NCBI RefSeq assembly: GCF_006345805.1
Contig: NC_043011.1
Coordinates: forward strand, 36,530,464-36,594,463
Direction of reading: 5' to 3'
Length of the DNA: 64,000 nt
Source of the DNA: Octopus sinensis
Taxonomy: Eukaryota
In this document: positions 1-12,390 of the stretch, in pieces
Numbering within the stretch: position 1 is the stretch's first letter
How the letters are laid out: the number at the start of each line of letters is the position of its first letter
The notes under the pieces: model-generated
The model's input: the letters and a program-made list of their open reading frames with translations, nothing else
Database searches by the model: none
What the model was told of the DNA's origin: nothing
Program-made: the position numbers and the translations under genes

Positions 1-9
1 ACATGCTTC

Positions 10-26
10 AAGCAAACACATACAAT

Positions 27-60
<34 letters not shown>

Positions 61-74
61 TAATAATAATAATG

Positions 75-118
<44 letters not shown>

Positions 119-120
119 CG
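10..120. repeat. (AAT)n microsatellite
   Basis: Direct taa/aat run with rare tga interruptions. Confidence 0.95.
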
Positions 121-446
121 TAATGAAAGAATAGAAAATAAAATTTAAACAATCAAAATACTTAAATGACTAGAAAATTATTTTCATCAAAAATATATTT
201 GAAGAGAAAAATTTATTTTATTTTCACTTTATTATTTACATTTTTTAATGTTTTTTTTTTATAATTATCAAAGTTTTCCAAAAGTAAAATTCAAAAGGAA
301 AGAATAAATTTATTGTGTATATGAGTGTGTGTATGTGTGTGTGTGTGTGTGATTTCTTTTTATATTCCACATTGTAATTTGTCAAAATGTTTAAGAATTT
401 TCTGTTTCACGGAGCATAAATACATAAAAACATTATTTAAAGATAG

Positions 447-478
<32 letters not shown>

Positions 479-929
479 AATTTTTTTTCCTTAATATATG
501 GTTTCAATATCAATGATAAAATGAACTGATTTACATATATTTGTTTCTTTTTATTTCATCTTATACAGCTTAGGCATACATATGTACACAGAGACACCCA
601 CACACATATACATGTACATACATATAAACATATACAAACATACGCACGCATAGACCTATATATACATGTATATATATGTAAACATCTGTGTGTGTGTAAA
701 TGTGCATGCAGTCATGAGTATTTCTGTGTGACTTTATAGTCATTTTATTCTGGCACATTTATGTGTGTGAATATAATCTCCCTGTTTTGTTTTTTTTTTA
801 TTATTGTTATATATTCATATGCCAAATCTGATGACTTGAAAACAATTTAGTAAATACACAATAATTAAATTTATTTGCAAAGCAATCAATTTGTCTCACA
901 TTCAGAATTCATATAAAAGACATAGATAA

Positions 930-1161
930 TATATATATATATATACATATGTAGAGGTACACGTACAAATATATGTATGCCTACATATATACATATACAT
1001 GCATATATATATATATGCACCAGGACATATGTATAATATGTATGCATACATAATATATATGAACATATACATATCTATATATACATATATATGCATATAT
1101 ATATATATGTATGTATGTGCATACATATATATGTATGTATGTGCATATATGTATATGTATG

Positions 1162-1192
<31 letters not shown>

Positions 1193-1281
1193 ATATATAT
1201 ATATATATATATATGCATATTTATATAAGTACATATATATACATACATACACACATATATATATATATATAAATATATATA

Positions 1282-1322
<41 letters not shown>

Positions 1323-1337
1323 CATACATACATATAT
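930..1337. repeat. (TA)n/(TATG)-rich low-complexity tract, representative of many others (e.g. 5250-5492, 6535-6655, 18980-19990, 24380-24600, 31550-31910, 35240-35340, 35580-35760, 56285-56460)
   Basis: Direct dinucleotide repeats; these tracts produce the YI/IY/MYV ORFs in the track. Confidence 0.95.
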
Positions 1338-2124
1338 TTGTAACATGAAAATAAAATTTAAGAAAGAATAAGAATTTTTGATAAAAAAAATACATGAAAG
1401 AAATTTTAAACAAATTTGTTGAAAATTCCACTCAGAAAAAAAAAAGCAGTATCGAAGTTAAAAAAACAAAAAACAAACAAAAACAAATAAAAAGCAACAA
1501 AGGAAGAAAAGAATGAATTTCGAATGTTAAAATCAATGAGTGTTACTAATAAAATGAAATGCATGAGTAGATTTTAGTATTATCTTAAAGAAAGGGGAAA
1601 AATTATAAATGAGAAGAGGAAAAAAAAAATATCTGAACTAGTCTAGATGTTGGAAAATCCTTTAATGATAGAATTATAGTAGTTTGTTGAAATACCAAGA
1701 ATTAGCAAGATACATTCCTTTTCATTTTATTCGGTATGAATCCTCAAGAGAACCTAAGTTGGTTAGGTAAAAGAAAAAAAAGAAAAGAAAAGATAGGATA
1801 TTGAAAAAAAAAACAACAAATTTCATGGAAATTTTGTGGTGAGGTTTTTTTCTGATGGAAGAGTCCATTTGCCAATTTTGTGTTGCATACTTTTGGGACT
1901 TATCAAATAAATACTAGTCAGGTGAAGATCAAATGTGTGTGTGTGTGTCTGTGTGTGTTTGTGTGTGCGTGTGTGTATGTGTGTGTGTGTTTGTGTCTGT
2001 GTGTGTATATCCATTTGTAAAAATGTATGGTTTAATGCTTTGAGAATTACTACTACTACTACTACTACTATTACTACTACTACTACTCATAATAATAATA
2101 ATAATACCACCACCACCACCACCG

Positions 2125-2170
<46 letters not shown>

Positions 2171-3300
2171 AACGACGACTACTACTACTACTGTTGCTGC
2201 TAGTTATTGTTGCTGTTTTGATCAAGGTCAGCTCTTACTCAGAAGGTCTATAATCAAAAAGATTTAAGCTTTAGCCATTCCACATATTTTAATCTCAGGT
2301 AATCCCTGCCCCCTGGCTTTTACATTATCCAATATATTGTTTTCTTTCTCAGATGATAAGGTTGTGATCTGAGGGAGATTTCCTTGCTATTCGTAGCACA
2401 TCGAGTAGCCATGAATGAACTCACTTATAACAACACATGCAATGTTACAATCTATGTTTTTGCTTAATGTGCGGTCCAAGGCAAATTGGTAGAGTTGTTT
2501 GAGCATGGGAAAGAATACCTTGTGGTATTAGTTCTTGCTCTCTGAATTCTGAGTTCAAACCCTGCTAGTGTCAGCTTTACTTTTCTTCGTTTTGGGGTCG
2601 ATAAAAAAAAAGGGCATCAATTTTATAGCGGTGAAGTAGCAAAGCTGTTAGAGGGGCAAGCAAGATACCTGGTGGTATTTATTCCAGGTACAGGAGGTCT
2701 GACAGTAATATCTGTCTTGAGACTGATCCGAAGTTGTGTCGGCCCAAAATCTCTGGCTTTTCTCATGGGTAAACATTGGTACTGCAGAGAGGGGAGATGT
2801 GGGTATGCTGGCTGGATCCTGAGCCCATGGGACAAAATGCTCAGCAGTATTTCTTTAGGCTCTTAACATTCTGCGTTCAAATTTTGCCTTCCATCCTTTT
2901 GAGGGTCAATAAAGTAAGTAACAGTGAAACACTAGGGTCAATGTAATTGACTGTCTCTCACACCCTAAAATTGCTGGTCTTGTGTTAAAACTTGAACCCA
3001 TTTCATAGAGAGAGAGGAGAGACCTGCATGTATCAGAATTCTGTTTAGTCTCTCTCAAAGAATTTTGACCAGTTCTGCTGATGCATATATAGATGCATGG
3101 CCAACTGTGACCACCGAATACCCCAAAATAGTTCACATCATACAGGGAACTTTGTTGGAATTCCTTGTAGTATCCATTTCAGTTCTGTGCATTCTGATTT
3201 TAGAATCTCACCTCGACCAAGTTATAGAGAAACAACAATTCCAAATGGACTAATGAAACCAAACCAAAACTTACAAGTTTCAAACTCAAAAGTTTATACG

Positions 3301-3481
3301 GTTCTATAGTTAAGAGATGAGGAATTATGTACATTATTTACATTATTTACATTTGACGGATATTTGTCCTCATCTTGTTTGTTGTTAACACAACATTTCG
3401 GCTGATATACCCTCCAGCCTTCATCAGGTGTTTTGGGGGAATTTAAAACCTAGGTTCTCATTCCTAAGGTATTTTTTCGAT

Positions 3482-3536
<55 letters not shown>

Positions 3537-3628
3537 CATTATTATCATTATTATTCAGGTCACTCCTTGGAATCGAACTCAGAATCTTGGGGTTAATAGT
3601 CTGTGCTCTTAACCACTATGCCATACAC
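3301..3628 (-). mobile_element. tRNA-headed SINE with hammerhead-containing 3' half ('HHR-SINE'), copy 1
   Basis: On the minus strand: tRNA-like head (A-box tggcatagtgg, B-box gagttcgattcc), (AAT)n linker, ~55 bp body, HHR motif, then tail ending ...cctcatctcttaa. Homologous copies at 11407, 11681, 16018, 38455 and 59803. Confidence 0.85.
3387..3432 (-). ncRNA. Minimal type I hammerhead ribozyme motif (HHR-SINE)
   Basis: aacac-CTGATGA-a-ggctg(gagggtatat)cagcc-GAAA-tGTT-gtgtt. Stem I aacac/gtgtt, stem II ggctg/cagcc, conserved core, loop-less stem III of the dimer type. Confidence 0.75.
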
Positions 3629-3989
3629 GTTGTTCAGTGGCATTCTGGCCATCGCTATGTTCTGTGATCAAATTCCACCAAAGGGTTAATAAAATGAGTA
3701 CCAGTTTGAAATAATATTTATTATTATTATTATTATTATAGCAGGTAGTTGTCAGAATCATTAGCATACCAGGCAAAATGCTTAGCAGCATTTAATCTAT
3801 CATTATTTTCTGAGTTCAAATTCTGTCAAGGTCGACTTAGCCTTTCATCTTTTGCGAGTTAATAAAACAAGTGCTAGATGGGCATCTAGGCTCAATGTAA
3901 TTGATTTCACCCACCCCCAATATTTTAAGCCTTGTGACTGACTATAATAGAAATTATTATGATTATTATTTTCGTTTATATCAGAAATT

Positions 3990-4340
3990 TAGCTTGCTTA
4001 CCAACCAAATGGTTCCAGGTTCAGTCTCACTGTGTGGCACCTTCGGCAAGTGTCTTCTACTATAGCTTCAGGCCAACCAAAGCCTTGTGAATGGATTTGG
4101 TAGATGAAAATTGAAAGAAGCCTGCTGTATATAAATATATGTATCTGTGTGTCTGTGTGTCTGTGTTTCTCCCCCACCAATGTTGGTGTGTTTACGTTCC
4201 CCGTAAATTAGTGGTTCAGCAAAAGAAACCAATAGAATAAGTACTAGGCTTACAGACAATAAGTCCTGGGGACGATTTGTTCAACTGAAGGCGGTGCTCC
4301 AGCATGGTCACAGTCAAATGACTGAAGCAAATCAAAGAAA
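3990..4340 (+). mobile_element. tRNA-derived SINE family 1 (CORE-like body), 5'-truncated copy
   Basis: B-box ggttcagtc, body ggcaccttcggcaagtgtcttc, tail ...cagtcaaatgactgaa. Other copies: 4620-4790(+), 6890-7050(-), 8070-8225(-), 23300-23460(+), 24185-24370(+), 29480-29578(-). Confidence 0.85.
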
Positions 4341-4866
4341 AAATATCGTTCATTGTTAGTCACAAGTTTTCAATAGATCGTTCATTGGTTCATTGCATTT
4401 CTGATGGTGAAAGTGACAAGAGAGTGAAGCTTACACTGTACAAAGCCTAAGAGACAATTTCGCTTCATTGGTCAATCAGTTCTTCTCACTGTCATCAATA
4501 ATTTTGACAAAATTATTAAACTGTCACACAGAATGTGTCACGGTGCTTGTTCTGACTCACTCTGCACTGAGTTCAAATCTCACCAAGGTCTGCTCTTCCC
4601 TTTCTTCTTTTCGAGTTGATAAAAAAGCTGTGTGGTAAGACACTTGCTTCCGAGTCAAATGGCTGTGAATTCAGTCCCACTGCGTGGCACCTTGGGCAAG
4701 TGTATTCTGCTATAGCTCAGTCCCAACCAAACCTTGTGAGTGGATTTGATAAACAGAAACTAAAAGAAGCCCGTCATGTATACACACACACACATATTTG
4801 AAAAGATTTGTAGACATACCACACTAGTAAGTAGATATTAAAGATAAACAAAGGTGAATTATCTTT

Positions 4867-5236
4867 CTTAAAATTGGGTGTGATTTAATTTACACGTTAG
4901 GGTTCTTTTGAAAAATCCTTATAAAAAATAAATATAAAATATGTGTAAAGAGAAGAGAGCTATTAATAAAATTGAATTAAAATTAAAATTAAGAATTACT
5001 ACTGAGTAGTTATTTCCTGTCGCAGTCAGTTGAGCTTGCCATGCCTCCAGAACGAAAGGACCACATGCTAATGCTAGAAGAAAGGACAGTAAACTATGAA
5101 TGTTATTCTTAATTTTAATTTTAATTCAATTTTATTAATAGCTCTCTTCTCTTTACACATATTTTATACTTATTTCTGATAAGGTTTTTTTCAAAACAAC
5201 CAAAACATGTAAATTAAAACAGACCCCATTTTTAAG
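4867..5236. repeat. Fold-back inverted repeat 1 (arms 4867-4996 and 5105-5236, 108 bp spacer) with a degenerate HHR-like motif
   Basis: Arms are reverse complements (aagagaagagagctattaataaaattgaatt / aattcaattttattaatagctctcttctctt). Right arm 5170-5217 reads ttattt-CTGATAA-ggtt...aacc-aaaac-at-GTA-aattaa. Confidence 0.85.
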
Positions 5237-5354
5237 TAAGTAGCATTTTCATATATATATATATACACACACACATACATATATATTTATATGTATAAAT
5301 ATATATATGTATATATATATATAGATATATATATATATGTGTATATATATATAG

Positions 5355-5393
<39 letters not shown>

Positions 5394-5559
5394 TACAGAT
5401 ATAGATATAGATATATATATATATATATAATATATATATATATTTATACACATACATATATATATATATATATATAATATATATATATATATTGGTAAAA
5501 CGGTAAGATAACAAAAGAAAGAAAGAGACCTCAATATTATGTAATAGAGGAAATTTATC

Positions 5560-6529
5560 TATACAATGATATGTTACATTACTCGATAGTCAAGATAAAA
5601 CTCTGAGTTTCAGATGCCGAAGTGGGAATTCACGACATATCTTTGGTTATCTGGCTATTTGAAAACGCTATGAAAAAATACCGTTATACAAAGGGAAATT
5701 ACTCTGTTATAACTCTGCTTGCCTGCGTACTTATACATCGCTCGCATTTTACGCCATAAAAATTATATAAAAATACATAAAAAATATATGAAAAATATAT
5801 ATAAAAATATATAAAATCTTCTTGGGACATAACATAGAAAGCATGTTCTATCTGTTTTCTTTAGGGGACCAAAAACGTAACAGAAATTTAGTCACATATG
5901 GGCATGAACCGAAAAGTTCTGTCCTTGTGTTTAGACATGTAGTAGGATCTAAGCTGCTTTTCCAGAGAAGCCATCTCTCCATGTCGCATAGACCATACCT
6001 TCCACTGCCGTTGGTATAGGGCTTACATCTGGCCAAAATCTTCCAATTTTTTGGAAGATTTTTGGCCAGATGTAAGCCCTATACCAACGGCAGTGGAAGG
6101 TATGGTCTATGCGACATGGAGAGATGGCTTATCTGGAAAAGCAGCTTAGATCTTACTACATGTCTAAACACAAGGACAGAACTTTTCGGTTCATGCCCAC
6201 ATGTGACTAAATTTCTGTTACGTTTTTGGTCCCCTAAAGAAAACAGATAGAACATGCTTTCTATGTTATGTCCCAAGAAGATTTTATATATTTTTATATA
6301 TATTTTTCATATATTTTTTATGTATTTTTATATAATTTTTATGGCGTAAAATGCGAGCGATGTATAAGTACGCAGGCAAGCAGAGTTATAACAGAGTAAT
6401 TTCCCTTTGTATAACGGTATTTTTTCATAGCATTTTCAAATAGCCAGATAACCGAAGAGATGTCGTGGATTCCCACTTCGGCATCTGAAACTCAGAATTT
6501 TATCTTGACTATCGAGTAATGTAACATAT

Positions 6530-6538
<9 letters not shown>
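5560..6538. mobile_element. Near-perfect ~980 bp palindrome (arms 5560-6046 and 6051-6538, 4 nt spacer), probable inverted Penelope-like pLTR pair
   Basis: Centre ...aatcttccaa-tttt-ttggaagatt...; arms differ at few positions; lies between (TA)n tracts; carries an HHR-like motif in each arm. The left arm extends an extra ~65 bp (5494-5559). Confidence 0.85.
6446..6505 (+). ncRNA. Atypical hammerhead-like motif (mirror copy 5593-5652, minus strand)
   Basis: agataa-CCGAAGA-gatgtcg...cggcatc-t-GAAAC-tcaga-(G/A)TT-ttatct. Stem I agataa/ttatct and stem II gatgtcg/cggcatc pair, but the core has a U4C change and an extra T before GAAA. Confidence 0.5.
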
Positions 6539-6606
<68 letters not shown>

Positions 6607-6833
6607 TATATTTATACATATAAATATATATATATATATGTGTATATATATGTACTTTGGGTATGGTGGATGAGTTCGCTAAAAATCTAGATTCAGATGA
6701 ATATGGTGCTTATGTTGAAGCACCAGAATTTAGTACAATATTATCCATACAATTTCAAAGAAGGGTGATTAAAATCAAAATAAGCAATACCTCTGCATTA
6801 CCTCTGGATACCCTTGTTGCCTATTTTGATATG

Positions 6834-6867
<34 letters not shown>

Positions 6868-7528
6868 CATGTATGTATGTATACATTTTACTCTCTCTTT
6901 TGTTCTTTTATTTGTTTCAGCCATTTAACTGTGGCCATGCTGGAGCATCACCTTTAGTCAAGCAAATCGACTACAGGACTTATTCACGCAGTGGGGCTGA
7001 ACCTGAAACCATGTGGTTGGTAAGCAAGCTACTTACCACACAGCTATTTCTGCACCTATATATAAAATTCTTAACAAAAATTTATTAATTAAAGGGGAAA
7101 ATAGGAATACTTCAATGTGGAATGTTTATGAAAACCATTATATTTCAGGTCTGTTTATCTCTGAGGAAGCTGAATTGAAAGGTGGTGGAAGTACAAAATG
7201 GCTGCTGGAAACTGGGCTGCAATTAGTCAAGGTGGGTCACATGGTGTTATTAGAAATAAAATACACACACACACACACAGATGAATATATATATTTATAT
7301 TGTTGCTATTATGCAAAAGTGTCATAAGTCCAAAACGTTGCTTTTTCAGAAAATGAAAAAATAGTTTTACTATTCGTTAACAAAACCATTGAAATACACT
7401 TTGGCAATTTTTGATGTCTTGGCATCTGAAGCAGCTGGAGATACGATAGTTTGACCAAAAGTTTGCAAACAAAAATAAATAGTGAAAACATGCATTTGGA
7501 CACACGACAGTTTAATATAATAGCAATG

Positions 7529-7561
<33 letters not shown>

Positions 7562-7579
7562 AATTTTTGTGAATTCTCC

Positions 7580-7614
<35 letters not shown>

Positions 7615-7624
7615 ATATATATAT

Positions 7625-7930
7625 ATCACGAGATCACGGGACCGACCAGGCTATCAGATGTTGCTACACATCGCTGGTCACAATGCGCTTCGCATTGTTT
7701 TAGCCATCAAGTGATGCCACCTCACTGGCTAAGCGAGCAGGCCAACAGAAGAAAGAGTGAGAGAAAGTTGTGGTGAAAGAGTACAGCAGGGATCGCCACC
7801 ATCCCCTGCTGAGCCTCATGGATCTTTAGGTATTTTCGCTCAATAAACCCTCACAACGCCCGGTCTGGGAATTGAAACCGCGATCCTACAACCATGAGTC
7901 CACTGCCCTAACCACTGGGCCATTGCGTCT

Positions 7931-7932
<2 letters not shown>
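7625..7932 (-). mobile_element. tRNA-derived SINE family 2 (head ggaggcgcaatggcccagtggttaggg), tail type A
   Basis: Head and ~100 bp body shared with the copies at 28411, 53486 and 56466. Confidence 0.85.
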
Positions 7933-7974
<42 letters not shown>

Positions 7975-8816
7975 ACACATATATATATATACATATATAT
8001 ATATACACATATATATATACATATATATATATATACATACATATACATGCACAAACACATATATTCAATGGGTTTCCACACAGTTTCTCTCTGCTGGATT
8101 CCACTCACAAGTCATTCATCATCTTAAGGTTATCCTAGAAGACACTTGCACAGGGTGCTCGTTAATCAGATTGAACCCTGGACGAAGTGCTTTGAAAGTG
8201 GATGTCTTAATCACACTGCCATGTCTGCACCCTCAGGTACTGAATGAACGTGTAAGAGGAGTTCTCAAATTTTATAGCTATTGCATTGAAAATACCAGCT
8301 ACCATCCCATTCTCACCACCATTTATTGTTCATTTCACAACACACTGCCATTATCTCTGTTTATAGAGTGATTTCCTTTATATGATTGATTTTTGAGATC
8401 AAATCCTTTAAAAAATAAGAAGAACTCTCACAGGGAAAATAGCAGAACATAACTAAGATTTAAATTAGATAAACAAAATCACTAAAAAAAAAAAACAACT
8501 GCAAATTAATTATAATGTTATTTAGAAATATTGAATATAAAATTTGTTAACAAAAATTGATTAATTAACTTAACAAAAAAACCCCCCACAAATATATAAT
8601 AGCCAGAAAGCAAATGAAGTGAAAGAGTTATAATAATAAAAAAAAAAATACATGATAATCTTAGTTATTTGTTCTTAATCATTATCAAATTAATCTTAAA
8701 AGTTGTCTTTTTGTATTTTTTTTTCTCAGATGTGCATCCTGAAATTTAGTCAAAGTGAAAAGGATATTAGAGACAAAATGAAATGAATAGTCTCGTTATT
8801 GTTATTATTATTATTA

Positions 8817-8858
<42 letters not shown>

Positions 8859-9638
8859 CATTATTATTATTATTAAAAAGGTGTTTGTGGTTTATGAATA
8901 AAATAATACTGGAATCACACCATTTTATTATTCTTCCATTTTTTTTTTAGTTTTAATTTTCTAAACTGACATTTCAGTTCCAAGAACTCCTTTAGAATTG
9001 GGCACATCATAGGTTATTATCTTAAATTCCCTTTTATAACTTTAACATAATTTTTTCTCCCTTTCCTTCATTATTATTATTTTTGTTGTTGATGTTGTTG
9101 TTTAGAATCTCTTTTTAAATTTGTTGCTAGTATTCATCTCCCTGTTATTGAAAGAATTAATTTTCAGGGTGGATTATTCAGAGAAAGACAAAGAATGTTG
9201 TGTTGAAGAATGGATTTCTGGGGAAATAATAATATTATTTTTTAAAAATATTCTACAACATGAACAATTTTTTTATAATCCTTCCCTGTCTGTATTCATT
9301 CAAAGCTGAAACCACTGAGATATTTTTGTAGTTAATGTTGCAATTCTTATTAACTTTTCTGTTTTTTTGTACCTCTTTTCTTTGTTTTTATTATTATTAT
9401 CTTCACCATTACATTTTCTTGATATTTGTCTTCCCAATACATAATTGATATTGTTTTATACAAATCGTTCTTGTAACACAAAATCTTTCAATGGAAGTTT
9501 TGAAAATTATTATTCAGTTATATGATTTTATTAAAGGCAAAAACAAAAAAAATGTAAAAATGTAAAACAAATCATCAGCTCATTAATTACATAAGTAGAT
9601 TAATTTCATAAGTAGATTTAGTGCATTTACTCATACTG

Positions 9639-10039
9639 TTTTACTTGTTTCAGTCATGTGACTGTGGCCATGCTGGAGCACTGCATTTAGTCAAGCAAAT
9701 CGACCCCAGGACTTATTCTTTGTAAGCCTAGTTCTTATTCTATCGGTCTCTTTTGCTGAAGTGCTAAGTTACGGGGATGTAAACACACCAGCATCGGTTG
9801 TCAAGTGATGTTGGTGGGGGGGCAAACACAGACACACATATACACACACAGATATATATATATATATACATATATATGATGGGATTCTTTCAGTTTCATC
9901 TACCAAATCCACTCACAAGGCTTTAGTCAGCCCGAGGCTATAGTAGAAGACACTTGCTGAAGATGCCACACAGTGGGACTGAACCCAGAACCATGTGGTT
10001 CATAAGCAAGCTACTTATCACACAGCCACTCCTATGCCT
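9639..10039 (-). mobile_element. SINE family 1, full-length copy
   Basis: Complete head-to-tail homology with the other family-1 copies. Confidence 0.9.
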
Positions 10040-10326
10040 GTATAAGCCAACTTATGTATAAGCTGTGCTTCAATTTAGCGTTAAATCTTGGTACATGTTA
10101 TTTTCCCTTCATAGATTTAGCTTTGCCTCATGTAGAAGTCAAACCCCAGTTTTTTCATTTGAGATCTAATATAAAATAGTGTGAGTTGGTGCAGTAAGTA
10201 ATTAATAATTATGAGATATCATAAATAGAACTTGACTATTGTTTAGCTCCATGGCTAATTTATATTCAATGTGGTGTCTAGGCACGTTTACCCAATCTCT
10301 TATACTAATACACTGTATCCAGGACC

Positions 10327-11062
10327 CAGGGCTGTCTTAACTATATTATTGGCCCCTGGACACATCAATGCTCTGCTCACTGTAGTATTTATTGAGTTGT
10401 CTGGAAAGTTCGTGCCGATTTTTAAAGGAAAGAAAAAGGTCAATAAATACTTGCAATTACATCTTTAATCAACCAAATATGAACCATTTTGTTGGACAAT
10501 GCATCTCCATCTTTACTTTAACTTGAAAATATCCTCTTCCCAGAATTGAGGTAGTTTCATGGCAAAGAATTCATTAAGGTATCTTCTACATCATCCAAGG
10601 AATTGAAATTTTTACCATTAAGACTATTCTGCACAGACCTGAATAAGTGGAAATCCAAAGGAGCAATATCTGGTGAATATGTAGGGTGGGGTAACATATC
10701 TCAGCTGAACTGCAGCAATTTTTTCTGGTTCCCAAAGCATCAAATACCGAAAAGGAACTTTCTAATCTTCCATTTTAAAGGGTTACAGAATTAACACAGG
10801 TTATAGGAACATAAAACTACTTCCACAAAAAAGTAGCTGAAACTGTGCTCTAAATGGAGGTGTAGTCAAATCCTGTTTTCTGGACTCAACCATGTTCTAA
10901 AATAAGCCGAAATGTAAGCTACTATAAATTGGCACAAACTTTCTGGACAACCCAATATTCATTGCCAGCATGTCACAACATACATAGATCATAACTGGGC
11001 TCCTAGACCCTTGAGGCCCCTGGGCAATAGACCAATGTGCCCATGGCCCTATGACAGCACTG
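10327..11062. mobile_element. hAT-type MITE interrupted by a mariner deletion derivative
   Basis: TIRs cagggctgtctta / tatgacagcactg; imperfect 8 bp TSD ccaggacc / tcaagacc. Confidence 0.6.
10390..10957 (-). mobile_element. Internally deleted mariner (DD34D) element
   Basis: TIRs tattgagttgtctggaaagttcgtgccgatttt / aaattggcacaaactttctggacaacccaata. The minus-strand remnant encodes LPHPTYSPDIAPLDFHLFRSVQNSLNGKNFNSLDDV. Confidence 0.85.
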
Positions 11063-11406
11063 TCAAGACCTCACAATACAATGTGATCCTTCTTTTGCTT
11101 TAAATGACAGGGTATGATTTGAGAGATACTTGGCTTTAATTTCTGGTAATCTTTTTTCAAGCACAGAAGTTATTTCTGTACTTATGATAGGACTTAGTTG
11201 CAGACACTAATGCAAGGTAACACAAAGTATGTTCAAACCTGAAACAATGTGGTCACAAGCTTAATTCCCTTACCACACAGCCATACAGCTATTCCTCTAA
11301 CCAAAAATACATTCTTTATCATCTTATGTTTAAAGATCAAGCCTGCATTAATGGGTTAGCTTCCAGAAGGACAATAACAGCAACAGTAAGAACAACCATC
11401 ATAAGG

Positions 11407-11688
11407 CAGTTCTGTATTTAAGAGATGAGGAATTATGTACATTATTTACATTATTTACATTCAACGGGTATTTGTCCTCATCTTGTTTGTTGTTAACACA
11501 ACATTTCAGCTGATATACCCTCCAGCCTTCATCAGGTGTCTTGGGGAAATTTTGAACCTGGGTTCTCATTCCTAAGGAATTTTTCGATGTTATTATTATT
11601 ATTATTATTCAGGTCACTGCCTGGAATCAAACTTGGAATCTTGGGTTTAGTATCCTGTGCTCTTAACCACTATGTCATATGCCCGTGG
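11407..11688 (-). mobile_element. HHR-SINE copy 2 (left arm of the head-to-head pair); HHR at 11495-11540
   Basis: gacac-CTGATGA-aggctg...cagct-GAAA-tGTT-gtgtt, with tRNA-like head and complete tail. Confidence 0.85.
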
Positions 11689-11774
11689 ACATGTGGCAAA
11701 GTGGTTAAGAGCACGGGATACTAACCCCAAGTTCTTGAGTTTAATTCCAAGCAGTGACCTAAATAATAATAATA

Positions 11775-11860
<86 letters not shown>

Positions 11861-12050
11861 AAGAAAAAGAAGAAGAAGAATCATAATAATAATAATAACA
11901 TTGAAAAAAATACCTTAGGATTGAAAACCCAGGTTCGAAATTTTCCCAAGACACCTGATGAAGGATGGAGGATATATCATCTGAAATGTCGTATAAACAA
12001 CAAACGAGATGAGGACAAATATCCGTCAAATGTAAATAACGTAAATAGTG
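11681..12050 (+). mobile_element. HHR-SINE copy 3 (right arm); HHR at 11950-11995; expanded (AAT)n(AAG)n linker
   Basis: gacac-CTGATGA-aggatg...catct-GAAA-tGTC; head overlaps copy 2 at the palindromic 5' end. Confidence 0.85.
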
Positions 12051-12169
12051 AGCTATCATAAGGATCAAAATGTTAATAACAGTTGATATCATGTCCTTGA
12101 GTCTTTCTTTGTTCCAACCACCACTTGACAACCTGTGTTGGTGTGTTTATATCCCTGTAACCCACAAAA

Positions 12170-12390
12170 TTATCCACTATCATTCCAATAACGACCTTGG
12201 GCACCTTTTTGAATTCCATAGGTCTAACGCTCATGGGCATGCTTACAAAATCCAAAAAAAACCCCAAAAAAGACACAGCTTCCATGACTTTCAGAAACAT
12301 TTTTTCCTGCTCAGAATTGCTGAAGCATGGAATAAAATACCTGCATCAGGCGTTGGTTGTCAGGAACTGGACACTTCCTTTCTTAAATGT
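12170..12390 (+). mobile_element. CR1/L2-group LINE ORF2 3'-terminal fragment
   Basis: HGHAYKIQK...KHFFLLRIAEAWNKIPASGV resembles the conserved CR1 C-terminal RGH.YKL...FF..RV...WN.LP motif. Confidence 0.7.

Noticed and set aside
5822-6276. Mirror-image ORF pairs (MGHNIES..., MARCKPY...)
   Set aside because: A by-product of the palindrome; no recognisable protein motif.
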